Shown here piece after piece: positions 8,285 through 17,246 of a stretch of DNA of 64,000 bases. The translations under genes and the position numbers were made by a program. The first letter of the stretch is position 1. Every line of letters starts with the position of its first letter. The stretch lies in IMG/VR virus record IMGVR_UViG_3300031227_000013; one strand, written 5' to 3'. The DNA comes from a virus. Below the pieces are notes generated by a model. It was not told where the DNA came from. It worked only from the letters and a program-made list of their open reading frames with translations, and searched no databases.

Positions 8285-8486
8285 GTATTAACCAGCCCCT
8301 TCCTTCTTTAAACTGTATCGGGTACATGTAAGGCTTTTTAATGTTATGTTCAGCTGTGCCTGTACTTCCCCTTACTTTAACAACTGTGTAATAGAAAACT
8401 GACTTGGGAACAGTCCTTACTATATCTCCTTTACTGAGTTGTCCCTTATACTTTATGCGCTGTCCCATTTCATTAAATAATCTCAT
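8265..8486 (-). CDS. Family A small protein, copy 27
   Basis: LFNEMGQRIKYKGQLSKGD...EGRGWL. Confidence 0.85.
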   Translation of the reverse strand: MRLFNEMGQRIKYKGQLSKGDIVRTVPKSVFYYTVVKVRGSTGTAEHNIKKPYMYPIQFKEGRGWLIHAIYGT

Positions 8487-8487
8487 A

Positions 8488-8688
8488 CTACCACACCCAG
8501 CCCCTTCCTTTTTTAAACGCTATAGGAAATACACCCATAGAATATTTAACAGAACCTATATCTCCGTTTAGTTCGATAACTTTGAGACAAGCCCTACCAT
8601 AGCTGGTATCACTTATCATATCCCCTTTATTTAATTGACCTTTATGTATAATGGGCTGTCCTAATTTATTATATATAAAATGTCTCAT
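8488..8688 (-). CDS. Family A small protein, copy 28
   Basis: IYNKLGQPIIHKGQLNKGD...KGRGWVW. Confidence 0.85.
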   Translation of the reverse strand: MRHFIYNKLGQPIIHKGQLNKGDMISDTSYGRACLKVIELNGDIGSVKYSMGVFPIAFKKGRGWVW

Positions 8689-8689
8689 A

Positions 8690-8890
8690 CTACCACACCC
8701 AGCCCCTTCCTTTTATAAACTGTATCGGGTACCTGCTATACTCTCGGCAGCTCTCCACCCTACCTTCGGTTCCTTTTAATTTGACAACTATGTAGTAGTT
8801 AGTTCTCAGAGGACCGGTCTTTACTGTATCTCCCAGACAGAGCTGTCCCTTATGTATTATGTGCTGTCCCATTTCATTAAATAATCTCAT
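8690..8890 (-). CDS. Family A small protein, copy 29
   Basis: LFNEMGQHIIHKGQLCLGD...KGRGWVW. Confidence 0.85.
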   Translation of the reverse strand: MRLFNEMGQHIIHKGQLCLGDTVKTGPLRTNYYIVVKLKGTEGRVESCREYSRYPIQFIKGRGWVW

Positions 8891-9096
8891 GCTAACAAGA
8901 ACCAACCCTTCCCTTTTTTAAACTCTATAATATATGTAAGCCTACCATTATGATGTGAGTATCCAACTCTGCCCATATCTCCCTTTAGTTCGATAACTTT
9001 AAAATAAGTAACACTGCATATTACAGTATCTCCTTTACTAACCTGTCCCTTATGTTTTATATGCTGTCCCATTTCATTCTTCAGAATAAATCTCAT
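8887..9096 (-). CDS. Family A small protein, copy 30
   Basis: LKNEMGQHIKHKGQVSKGD...KGKGWF. Confidence 0.85.
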   Translation of the reverse strand: MRFILKNEMGQHIKHKGQVSKGDTVICSVTYFKVIELKGDMGRVGYSHHNGRLTYIIEFKKGKGWFLLA

Positions 9097-9097
9097 A

Positions 9098-9307
9098 TTA
9101 TCTCACCCAAAACATCCAGCCCTTTTCTTTTGTAAACGATATATGATATGTACAGCCTAGATTACTCATAACCACACCTACAGCTTTACCTAGTTTAATT
9201 ACCTTATAGGGGCGGTCGGAGTAAAGGATAGATACCTTATCATTTATACAGAGCTGTCCCTTGTGTATAAGGGGCTGTCCTAGCTTATTATATAGTTTAT
9301 GTGTCAT
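9098..9307 (-). CDS. Family A small protein, copy 31
   Basis: LYNKLGQPLIHKGQLCIND...EKGWMFW. Confidence 0.85.
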   Translation of the reverse strand: MTHKLYNKLGQPLIHKGQLCINDKVSILYSDRPYKVIKLGKAVGVVMSNLGCTYHISFTKEKGWMFWVR

Positions 9308-9531
9308 ATATTTAAAATACGCTCCGCGTACCAACCGTTTATTTTCGTAAAAAGAATTTCAAATTTCATAATCCTCGGCCCCGCTAAACTTATAATGCCT
9401 TTCTTACCTTTAAGTTCTATTACTTTAAAATCAGGATTGGGCCATCCGGAAGAACAGCTTACCATATCCCCTTTACTAAGCTGTCCCATATGTCTAACGG
9501 GCTGCTGCATTGTATTATATAATATCTGCAT
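9304..9531 (-). CDS. Family A small protein, copy 32
   Basis: LYNTMQQPVRHMGQLSKGD...INGWY. Confidence 0.85.
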   Translation of the reverse strand: MQILYNTMQQPVRHMGQLSKGDMVSCSSGWPNPDFKVIELKGKKGIISLAGPRIMKFEILFTKINGWYAERILNI

Positions 9532-9544
9532 TCATCCCTCCTAG

Positions 9545-9736
9545 TTAAGTCGTTGTACTTTCAATTTCAGCCTTATATTCTCTTTCTTCATCCAGAGTGT
9601 TTGACTCCCTGTATTGAGACATTACCCACTCCTCAATATCCGCTTCTGATATCTCAACTCTATCCTCCTTCATAAAGCCATAGCCATTCTCATTCTTAAC
9701 TTTACGACTACTATATATCGATACTATGTGTATCAT
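9545..9736 (-). CDS. Hypothetical protein
   Basis: 63-aa co-oriented ORF with ATGA overlap. Confidence 0.5.
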   Translation of the reverse strand: MIHIVSIYSSRKVKNENGYGFMKEDRVEISEADIEEWVMSQYRESNTLDEEREYKAEIESTTT

Positions 9737-9921
9737 TCGTCCTCCAAAGTTGCCAGTTCACCCAGAGCCAGCAGAGTGCTGACTAACTTCCAGTGGACTT
9801 CTTTACAATGACGTTCAAAGCATACATCCCTGAAAACACAGATGTTCTCAAGGAACAAGTAGCAGGCTAAGACTCTTCTCCTGCATACAGGTAGCTCAAA
9901 TATTAATTTATACAGCTTCAT
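9733..9921 (-). CDS. Hypothetical protein
   Basis: 62-aa co-oriented ORF with RBS. Confidence 0.45.
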   Translation of the reverse strand: MKLYKLIFELPVCRRRVLACYLFLENICVFRDVCFERHCKEVHWKLVSTLLALGELATLEDE

Positions 9922-9952
9922 TTTCCCTCCTTAAACCTTTCTTTTGTTGATT

Positions 9953-10324
9953 TCATTCTTCTGGGTAAAAGTCGTCACAGTTAATTTCTTCGGATAGCTT
10001 ATCTGTACTATCAACGCCATCCCAGTGACCCATAGCACACCAAAGCTCCGGGAAAGGCTGATCGAAACTGGGTGATATATATTTTAACCACGCACATTTA
10101 TCACAGCTTTTCTTTTCTTCTTCCTTATACGAATCCATTCTGAGGTTAAACAACTCCTCATCCAACTTACCAATATGTTTAGTCTTTTTTAAGAGTTCGT
10201 TTTCATACTTACATATTGTGCTCCATAGTCTTTCATACTGCATTAAATAACATACAAAATACCCTGTGAATAAACATGCCGCACAGCTCGCTATATAGAA
10301 AAATGTTACTCCGTCCATTGCCAT
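9953..10324 (-). CDS. Membrane-anchored protein with coiled coil and C-terminal Cys motif
   Basis: N-terminal hydrophobic helix; CDKC...C...C at the C-terminus. Confidence 0.6.
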   Translation of the reverse strand: MAMDGVTFFYIASCAACLFTGYFVCYLMQYERLWSTICKYENELLKKTKHIGKLDEELFNLRMDSYKEEEKKSCDKCAWLKYISPSFDQPFPELWCAMGHWDGVDSTDKLSEEINCDDFYPEE

Positions 10325-10348
10325 ACTCCTTTGTTAGTTTCTATTTCA

Positions 10349-10558
10349 TTAGTTCCACACCCAGCCCTTCCCGTCTATAAACTTTATATAAGTTATATCA
10401 TCATCATCTAGGCCTCGAATCTCACCTTCGTCTCCATCTAAGTCAAACACCTCAAAATCAGGGTCTGACCATCCGGAAGAACAACTTACTTCATCTCCTA
10501 TACTCAGCTGCCCCTTATACATTATAGGTTGCTGCATTTTATTATATATGTTATTCAT
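10349..10558 (-). CDS. Family A small protein, copy 33
   Basis: IYNKMQQPIMYKGQLSIGD...DGKGWVW. Confidence 0.85.
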   Translation of the reverse strand: MNNIYNKMQQPIMYKGQLSIGDEVSCSSGWSDPDFEVFDLDGDEGEIRGLDDDDITYIKFIDGKGWVWN

Positions 10559-10776
10559 TATACGGAGGCTGGATTAAGTAGCCAGCCCTTCCCTTTTATA
10601 AACTTTATAAGATATACATAATTCTGAGTTCTTGCTTTTCCTGTATTTTCTTCAATATATGTTATATTCAGGACATTTCTTGATCTCAATGTTACACGAT
10701 CTCCTATACTAAGTTGTCCTTTATGCTTTATCTTCTGATCCATCTTATTATATAAATTATATGTATATGCTGCCAT
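10558..10776 (-). CDS. Family A small protein, copy 34
   Basis: LYNKMDQKIKHKGQLSIGD...KGKGWLLNPASV. Confidence 0.85.
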   Translation of the reverse strand: MAAYTYNLYNKMDQKIKHKGQLSIGDRVTLRSRNVLNITYIEENTGKARTQNYVYLIKFIKGKGWLLNPASV

Positions 10777-11028
10777 TTAATTAGCCTCCTCCTCTACTAA
10801 AATATCCTCCAAATAATCTTTGACTCCCCAGCACCAGCCCTTTCCTTCTATAAACCATATAGGGATCTTACTTGTTCCGGTAGTCATAACTCCGGTATTT
10901 CCGTTGAGGTTAGTAATAGTTCTTTCTATCCGTACCAGCCCTTCAGCATATCGATATACAATATCTCTTAAAACCAACTGCCCCCTATACATTATAGGTT
11001 GCTGCATTTTATTATATATGTTATTCAT
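10777..11028 (-). CDS. Family A small protein, copy 35
   Basis: IYNKMQQPIMYRGQLVLRD...EGKGWCW. Confidence 0.85.
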   Translation of the reverse strand: MNNIYNKMQQPIMYRGQLVLRDIVYRYAEGLVRIERTITNLNGNTGVMTTGTSKIPIWFIEGKGWCWGVKDYLEDILVEEEAN

Positions 11029-11243
11029 TATATGGAACTGGGGTTAAGTAACCAGCCCGTTCCTTCTATAAACTTTATAGAGTATGAATGCCAATCGGAG
11101 CTTACTGTCCCGTTATTCCCTTCAATACGTAGTACATTCAGCTCAGTTTCTTTTACCATTATATTATCTCCTACACTAAGCTGTCCTCTATGCTTTATAT
11201 CCTGCTTCATTTTATTAAATAAGGTGTATGTGTACCCTGCCAT
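11028..11243 (-). CDS. Family A small protein, copy 36
   Basis: LFNKMKQDIKHRGQLSVGD...EGTGWLLNPSSI. Confidence 0.85.
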   Translation of the reverse strand: MAGYTYTLFNKMKQDIKHRGQLSVGDNIMVKETELNVLRIEGNNGTVSSDWHSYSIKFIEGTGWLLNPSSI

Positions 11244-11307
11244 TTAATTAGTCTCCTTCTGTGCTTGTAGTTATAATAAAGAGAGGGCTGCTAACCCTCT
11301 CTCTCCA

Positions 11308-11802
11308 TCATTCATTACATATTATTATTATTCCTATAGCCCCGCAGAAAAGCATTACTAAAGTGCCCCATCCGAATATCGCGAACAGCGCATTAAACGG
11401 ATATACACTTATTCCTTCGGGAACTAATACGCTTTTCTCCCCCTTGGAATACATTATACTCCCCCTTAATTTTAGCAACACGCTGCTTTTTGTCAGCATA
11501 TTCGCATCTTTAGGCATCTTCTTAAGCTCCTCTTTGGCCGCTAATATATTCGTGTACCAGAACTGAATATCCTCAGAAGGGTCCTCAAATGTTATAGAGG
11601 TATACCCGTTGGTAAGTTCATTGTCTTTAAGATATTTAAGGGCTATCTCCAGCTCCTGTACAGCTAAAGGTACTGTGGTAGCGTCTGAGGCTCTTTTTAG
11701 ATGTCCTTCACAAGCTATCTTAAAATTAGCGGATTTTGTCGTTCTTATAACAACCCATAATAGAAACGGAGCTATTAACATCAGACACAATACTACTTTC
11801 AT
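11308..11802 (-). CDS. Two-TM membrane protein
   Basis: Hydrophobic helices at both termini of a 164-aa ORF. Confidence 0.65.
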   Translation of the reverse strand: MKVVLCLMLIAPFLLWVVIRTTKSANFKIACEGHLKRASDATTVPLAVQELEIALKYLKDNELTNGYTSITFEDPSEDIQFWYTNILAAKEELKKMPKDANMLTKSSVLLKLRGSIMYSKGEKSVLVPEGISVYPFNALFAIFGWGTLVMLFCGAIGIIIICNE

Positions 11803-11834
11803 ACTTACTCTCCTAGTTTGTTTGGGTTTACTCC

Positions 11835-11857
11835 ATTTTCTACCATGGTAGACTTTT
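11835..11857. repeat. 23-bp palindromic-core motif, copy 2 of 4
   Basis: ATTTTCTACCATGGTAGACTTTT, intergenic. Confidence 0.85.
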
Positions 11858-11867
11858 TACTTCTAGA

Positions 11868-12143
11868 CTATGCAACTTCTTTAACAAGACATTCCAGTAC
11901 TCCGGGAGCACAACTGCATCCCCCTGTATGACACTCTGTTACTATGTACTCTTCACCATCTTCAGATTTTTCAATATCATAATGAAGGAGTTCATCATCA
12001 AGAGTATCTTCTTCAATACCGTTCCAACAGGATATCATTTCTTCGGGGCATTCTAGAAATTTCCAGTCAATATTTTGATCCGCAACATCTCCACGATCTA
12101 CGGCACGTAATATTTTGTTTACGAATTCTTTGTTTTTCTGCAT
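11868..12143 (-). CDS. Acidic hypothetical protein
   Basis: 91-aa ORF, C-terminal CHTGGCSC. Confidence 0.55.
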   Translation of the reverse strand: MQKNKEFVNKILRAVDRGDVADQNIDWKFLECPEEMISCWNGIEEDTLDDELLHYDIEKSEDGEEYIVTECHTGGCSCAPGVLECLVKEVA

Positions 12144-12159
12144 GATATGTTCCTTTAGT

Positions 12160-13398
12160 TTAGTTTGTTTTTAGAAAACCTAATGTCGTCATGTTCGCAT
12201 GACGCATTCCTTCGTAATTCTGATCCATTATAGTACAGCTGTTATCCGGAGCTAATACTTTGTTCAGCTTAGTTCCGTGTCTCGCTTTATTATTCAGAGT
12301 TATAAATACTAATCCGTCTTTCTCCGTATTATCAACCAACTTATTTATAGCGTCCCATCTCCTTTGTATTAAAGGTCCGTTATAGTCTAAGTGGCTGACT
12401 CTGAACTTGTTATGTATTTCTCCATCAAGAATAAGCTTATCGACATCTCCCTTTAAAAGAGGCATATCCATTCCCATATTCTTCTTAATTAAATGTTGTA
12501 GTATACGATACTGCATCTGATACAACTCAACACCTAAGCTATTTTCTATATCTATATTAAAGGCTTTCGATATACGTAGCAGTTCTCTGCCGTTTCCCGG
12601 AAGCGATAGGAAGTTGAAATCATTTCCCACATATTTACCGATAATATCAAACATCATCTCTGTCACATTCTCTTTACCGGGAGTAGAATACCTGTCATTA
12701 TCCTCGAGGAGAGTATTATATTTCTTGTTACTCCCACGGGAAGCTTTAAGGTCTATATAACATTTCCATGGACAGCCTTGTCCATTAACTACATGATTAT
12801 ATACGTCTTTAGTGAAAACAGTTTTACATTCATTACATATAATATCTGACAAAAAAACCCTATAGTTACCATACTTGTTCTTTGACGTTATACGTTTACA
12901 AATGGAATAATCATAATTAGTACCATTTATTTTTAAACCTTTCCTAATAATACTAAGTATTTTTGGCTTTCCCTCATTATCATAGCATACATGTGGACAA
13001 CCCTGCCCTTGTAAATGATTATCGGGTTTTTGTTTAAAAATATTTTCACATTCATTACATATTATTAAAATCTTTTTATGAATGCCTTTATATTTAGCTT
13101 TAGAATAACTATAATTATTACCATGTACTTTGAAACACCTGTTACGAAATTCTTCTTCAGTAAACCTAGTGCTCTTTGCCCAGCATCTTTTAGGACATCC
13201 ACCTGCAGAATTCATCAAATGGTTTTTAGGAGATAGTAGGAATTCTGTATGGCATTTATTACATATTATAAGTATTTTGGTAATCCTGTTTATATAAACC
13301 ATTCTTGAATAATTAAACTTATTGCCGTGTTTTTTTATAAAATCAGCTGTTGCCTGTTCTTGTGTTTTAGGCTTTGGACCTTTTCTCTTTTTAACCAT
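12160..13398 (-). CDS. Protein with three homing-endonuclease-type zinc-ribbon repeats (DUF723-like) fused to a putative SAM-methyltransferase-like C-terminal domain
   Basis: Repeats HGNKFNYS...ICNKC...GCP, HGNNYSYS...ICNEC...GCP and NGTNYDYS...ICNEC...GCP; C-terminal FLSLPGNG, GVE, HLDYNG. Confidence 0.55.
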   Translation of the reverse strand: MVKKRKGPKPKTQEQATADFIKKHGNKFNYSRMVYINRITKILIICNKCHTEFLLSPKNHLMNSAGGCPKRCWAKSTRFTEEEFRNRCFKVHGNNYSYSKAKYKGIHKKILIICNECENIFKQKPDNHLQGQGCPHVCYDNEGKPKILSIIRKGLKINGTNYDYSICKRITSKNKYGNYRVFLSDIICNECKTVFTKDVYNHVVNGQGCPWKCYIDLKASRGSNKKYNTLLEDNDRYSTPGKENVTEMMFDIIGKYVGNDFNFLSLPGNGRELLRISKAFNIDIENSLGVELYQMQYRILQHLIKKNMGMDMPLLKGDVDKLILDGEIHNKFRVSHLDYNGPLIQRRWDAINKLVDNTEKDGLVFITLNNKARHGTKLNKVLAPDNSCTIMDQNYEGMRHANMTTLGFLKTN

Positions 13399-13414
13399 AA
13401 TTTTCCTTCATAAT

Positions 13415-13443
13415 AAAAGGGAGTGTACTTGTTGTACACTCCC
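13415..13443 (-). terminator. Intrinsic terminator
   Basis: GGGAGTGTAC-TTGTT-GTACACTCCC followed by TTTT on the minus strand. Confidence 0.75.
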
Positions 13444-13455
13444 AGCCCTTTTAAA

Positions 13456-14286
13456 CTATATATCCAATCCCCGCTCTTTCAGGGGCTCCAGCCCCAGTAA
13501 AGGCCTCAGATCGGAAGCCCATCTTATTTTTTTGTCCTTCCCGTACTTAGCATACAATTCTTTAATCCTGTCTTCATCCTTTTCAGTCAGCAATTCATTC
13601 ATCCTGTCCATATATGTAGCATCATTGTCCGTGTTGCGTTTTATACGGACTTCGGGATGACGTATTACCCCTATCCATATGTCTCTTGATGTTATGTTAC
13701 GGACATCTCTGACAACTGCTTCGATATTATTGTCGAGCATTGGAATCGTAGACACACTTGTATGAAATCCAGCTCCTGTCATATAGGTAAGACACGCTAT
13801 CCGTTCTTCATATTCAGGTGCTCCGGGTTCCCAGAAGTCCAGAATACTCTGGTCCTTAGAACCTATTGTAACTCTGATCTCGATATTTTTTTGATAGTCC
13901 CTCAGCCTATCAATTACTTTACGGGTACACCCAAGATTAGGCTTAGTCACCAGAAGAATCTTAGCTACAGCCTTACGCTCCATTATCTTCTTAATCACCT
14001 CAATACTGTAATCAATAGTGTTCTCTGTTATATCGTGAGTGTTAGGGAACATTATTGTTGCTGGCTTACCTATAAGTTTTATTTTTCCCGGGGCCAGTTC
14101 TGATAATATACTGGACATTTTACGGGGTGTCGGTATATACTTATTTTTACTATTTATCTGTTTTAACTGTAATTTACGACAACTTGCATAACAATATCTG
14201 CAACCATATTCGCATCCATTGAATGCTCCCATGTTAATATGACTCCACATATTAGCTCCAGCAGGTGTTCGTTTTACTTTTTCCAA
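13456..14286 (-). CDS. Radical SAM protein (spore photoproduct lyase-like)
   Basis: GCEYGCRYCYA (CxxxCxxC); LLVTKP and STIP motifs. Confidence 0.75.
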   Translation of the reverse strand: MEKVKRTPAGANMWSHINMGAFNGCEYGCRYCYASCRKLQLKQINSKNKYIPTPRKMSSILSELAPGKIKLIGKPATIMFPNTHDITENTIDYSIEVIKKIMERKAVAKILLVTKPNLGCTRKVIDRLRDYQKNIEIRVTIGSKDQSILDFWEPGAPEYEERIACLTYMTGAGFHTSVSTIPMLDNNIEAVVRDVRNITSRDIWIGVIRHPEVRIKRNTDNDATYMDRMNELLTEKDEDRIKELYAKYGKDKKIRWASDLRPLLGLEPLKERGLDI

Positions 14287-14330
14287 AATGTAATACTCCT
14301 GTTAAATTTAGTTTCTATGATGAATCTGCT

Positions 14331-14573
14331 CTATCCAGAACTCTGACTGTCCCATTCCCAACCTCTATCTTTATTAAAGTATATTTTATATTTTGTAGGA
14401 TTTGTGATTCTACCGGTGTAACATATTACACCGATCCTGCCCTTAAGCTCTATTACCTTAAAATCCGGAGTTCCTCCGGGGCAACAGCTCACCTCATCCC
14501 CCATAGTCAGCTGTCCTTTATATTTAATGTATTGTCCCTTATAATTATGTAAAGAATTTAAACTCTTACTCAT
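14331..14573 (-). CDS. Family A small protein, copy 37
   Basis: LHNYKGQYIKYKGQLTMGD...DRGWEW. Confidence 0.85.
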   Translation of the reverse strand: MSKSLNSLHNYKGQYIKYKGQLTMGDEVSCCPGGTPDFKVIELKGRIGVICYTGRITNPTKYKIYFNKDRGWEWDSQSSG

Positions 14574-14584
14574 ATCTCCTCCCT

Positions 14585-14830
14585 TTATTCATACGAATAA
14601 CCTTCGTGATCCGTCCAGCGCCAGCCCTCTTCTTTTGTAAATGTAATATCATTCACATCGGTAGCGTCTACTTTGTTTTCCACTGTTCCCTTATTCTTAT
14701 TAATAGATCTTATAATCCCATGAAACATCGTAGACGGAGGAGGTGAATAATATATCTCATCCCCCACACTTATCTGACCCCTGTGTCTAAGGGGCTGTCC
14801 CAGCATATTGTATAACCGTTTTTTAGACAT
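14585..14830 (-). CDS. Family A small protein, copy 38
   Basis: LYNMLGQPLRHRGQISVGD...EEGWRW. Confidence 0.85.
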   Translation of the reverse strand: MSKKRLYNMLGQPLRHRGQISVGDEIYYSPPPSTMFHGIIRSINKNKGTVENKVDATDVNDITFTKEEGWRWTDHEGYSYE

Positions 14831-14844
14831 AATACCCCTTTCTA

Positions 14845-15234
14845 TTAAATAACTCTGAATACATTATTTAGTATCCACCATATCTTCTTACCTGTATAAG
14901 CCATCCAGCCCGTTCCCTCAATATACTTTAGACTATACGTATTAGCATTTCGTATTGCTATTCCTTTACTACCTTTTATACTGAATACGAACACCGTATA
15001 GTCATAGGGGGAGTAACCATATCTTACCTCATCCCCTTTAACCAGTTGCCCTTTATACTTTATAACTTGTCCTTTTTCATTAAATATATTACACATTCTC
15101 GCGTTAAAGACGTTAGTTATAGAATCCCGAACAAACTCCTCAACCACTAAAGCCAAAACACTTACACTGAATATAAGTGCAGGTAATATATAAAGACCTG
15201 TTCTAAGTAATAGAATTCGTTCTTCCAGACACAT
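14845..15234 (-). CDS. Family A copy 39, with N-terminal transmembrane extension
   Basis: LYILPALIFSVSVLALVV precedes IFNEKGQVIKYKGQLVKGD...EGTGW. Confidence 0.75.
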   Translation of the reverse strand: MCLEERILLLRTGLYILPALIFSVSVLALVVEEFVRDSITNVFNARMCNIFNEKGQVIKYKGQLVKGDEVRYGYSPYDYTVFVFSIKGSKGIAIRNANTYSLKYIEGTGWMAYTGKKIWWILNNVFRVI

Positions 15235-15269
15235 TGGGATTCCCCCCTTTCTCTTAATTTAATATATGA

Positions 15270-15467
15270 CTATTGAAATTCGAAACGCCGGGGACATTTA
15301 CCCGATCTGTTCATCCTTCTGCTTATACATCTTCCACAGAATATTCTCTTACGCACCAGACGTTTAAAGGCTTCTTCCGTCAAGCTGTTACTCACCCGTA
15401 TATTTCTATAACATTTATCGCAGTGTATTTGTACCCCTGAAAATTTTCTTGCTAACATCTTAAACAC
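15270..15467 (-). CDS. Small basic CxxC...CxxC zinc-finger-like protein
   Basis: HCDKC and FCGRC motifs. Confidence 0.55.
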   Translation of the reverse strand: MFKMLARKFSGVQIHCDKCYRNIRVSNSLTEEAFKRLVRKRIFCGRCISRRMNRSGKCPRRFEFQ

Positions 15468-16061
15468 TCACCTTTCTGTATCCTGTATATAGTATTCTCT
15501 TGTACCCCTCAGCTGTTCTGCATTATAAAACTCTCCCGACTGTCTATTGTAGAATGTATTGAGTATCTCAGGAGTAAAGCGGTATGTCTCCGGAGTAGTG
15601 TGGTATGTGGCAGGGATATTCATAGCAGCCATCATCTGATCTTGAGCGTGCTGTAAATACCACGCCAGACCATCTTTATACACCCAGCCCTTCCCGTCTA
15701 TAAACTCCAGATCACGCTTAATTCCTAGGAAGTTTTCCACTATCGTACAGTTATCTTTACATTCAATAACTATATACCTATCAATATCTTCTGAATTAAA
15801 ATATATAGTATCTCCTTTATTTAACTGTCCCTTATGTATAATTGGCTGCTTCATTTCATTATATACTTTCGTATATGTATAGTTCACAACGCTTACACAA
15901 TTAGTCTCCTCCGGCGTACTATTAGAAACACACTCTATGTGTCCCTGCTGATTTCCCAGAATTATAAAATTAATAATGCACCTCCATAATACTACTACTG
16001 AAGAAATCAAGATCAGAGCAGTTATTATAACTATTAATATATCTATTATCATTATATACAT
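15468..16061 (-). CDS. Family A copy 40, with N-terminal transmembrane helix and C-terminal extension
   Basis: Strongly hydrophobic N-terminus; internal VYNEMKQPIIHKGQLNKGD...DGKGWVY. Confidence 0.8.
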   Translation of the reverse strand: MYIMIIDILIVIITALILISSVVVLWRCIINFIILGNQQGHIECVSNSTPEETNCVSVVNYTYTKVYNEMKQPIIHKGQLNKGDTIYFNSEDIDRYIVIECKDNCTIVENFLGIKRDLEFIDGKGWVYKDGLAWYLQHAQDQMMAAMNIPATYHTTPETYRFTPEILNTFYNRQSGEFYNAEQLRGTREYYIQDTER

Positions 16062-16073
16062 TATAACTCCTTA

Positions 16074-16352
16074 TTAAAATCTAAATGTGACTGTGTCTAT
16101 GTTCATTGTTGTTCCATTAAGAGTCAGGCTCGGTGCACTCCAGTAACGGGAACCTGTATTCCTCCAGCCTTTCCCTTCTATAAATGTTATATCACGTTTA
16201 AACCCTACGAAGCTTTTTATTACTCCAGAGCCATCTTTACATTCGGTAACCTTATAAGGGGCACCTCCTGCCTCTATGTATACTATATCTCCTTTACATA
16301 TCTGCCCCTTGTGTTTAATGGGCTGCTTCATTTCATTATATATTATACTCAT
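16074..16352 (-). CDS. Family A small protein, copy 41
   Basis: IYNEMKQPIKHKGQICKGD...EGKGW. Confidence 0.85.
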   Translation of the reverse strand: MSIIYNEMKQPIKHKGQICKGDIVYIEAGGAPYKVTECKDGSGVIKSFVGFKRDITFIEGKGWRNTGSRYWSAPSLTLNGTTMNIDTVTFRF

Positions 16353-16355
16353 TAG

Positions 16356-16574
16356 CTATCTCCGTTTAGTCCACGTCCAGCCATAATCTTTTACGAACTT
16401 TATATCATACACTATACCTTTAGGACTTATGACTTCACCTATGTCCCCCTTAAGGAGACGTATTCTTCTTTTACATGACATATGTCTACCTTTGTAAACT
16501 ACATCTCCTTTACATAGTTGCCCTTTATGCACTATCCTCTGCTTATTTTCATTATACAGATCTCCAGTACTCAT
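16356..16574 (-). CDS. Family A small protein, copy 42
   Basis: LYNENKQRIVHKGQLCKGD...DYGWTW. Confidence 0.85.
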   Translation of the reverse strand: MSTGDLYNENKQRIVHKGQLCKGDVVYKGRHMSCKRRIRLLKGDIGEVISPKGIVYDIKFVKDYGWTWTKRR

Positions 16575-16849
16575 TAGTCCTCCTCCGAAGAAGACGACTC
16601 AGAAGAGGAAGAGGACATATCATAGTAAAAACTATAAGTAAGTTCCCAAACCCATCCGGACGTATCGAAAAAGTTCAAGACATATTCGGAACCTCCTCTA
16701 TCTCTACCGTTTCCATAAGCGCCGTTCAATCCATATACAACTATACTATTCCGTCGACGTATATCTGTGTCCAGGTATGCCATATCATCCACACTTAGCT
16801 GTCCTTTATACCTTATTTTCTTACCCAGTCTATTATATAAATTATTCAT
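16574..16849 (-). CDS. Family A small protein, copy 43 (Ser/Glu-rich tail)
   Basis: LYNRLGKKIRYKGQLSVDD...SGWVW; ends MSSSSSESSSSEED. Confidence 0.8.
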   Translation of the reverse strand: MNNLYNRLGKKIRYKGQLSVDDMAYLDTDIRRRNSIVVYGLNGAYGNGRDRGGSEYVLNFFDTSGWVWELTYSFYYDMSSSSSESSSSEED

Positions 16850-16885
16850 ACTTTCCTTTGTTTATAACAGTTAAAATTATATGTA

Positions 16886-17233
16886 TCATCTTCTCCCCCA
16901 TGTAGCCTGAACTTGCGGAGGAGGTGTATATCTGCGAGTTCCTGCTGACGCTTCATCGTCAGCAAGCCAGTAGGAACCATATGTGGCATCATATGTGCCA
17001 AACTCTCTTATTTCTTCATAAGGTGATAGAGTGGACCACTCCCAGCCATTATTTTTATCAAAGCTGAGATTATATATTTTTGTGTCCCTTTTAGCCCGCC
17101 CTAGCTTACCTATAACTTTTGTAACCATCAGAGGGAAACTGCTTGCCTCTTTATATACCGCATCTCCCACAGTCAGCTGCCCCCTATACTTTATAGGCTG
17201 CCTTAATCTATTATATAATTTTCCAGTATCCAT
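16886..17233 (-). CDS. Family A small protein, copy 44 (C-terminal extension)
   Basis: LYNRLRQPIKYRGQLTVGD...NGWEW. Confidence 0.85.
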   Translation of the reverse strand: MDTGKLYNRLRQPIKYRGQLTVGDAVYKEASSFPLMVTKVIGKLGRAKRDTKIYNLSFDKNNGWEWSTLSPYEEIREFGTYDATYGSYWLADDEASAGTRRYTPPPQVQATWGRR

Positions 17234-17246
17234 ATATTATCCTTTA

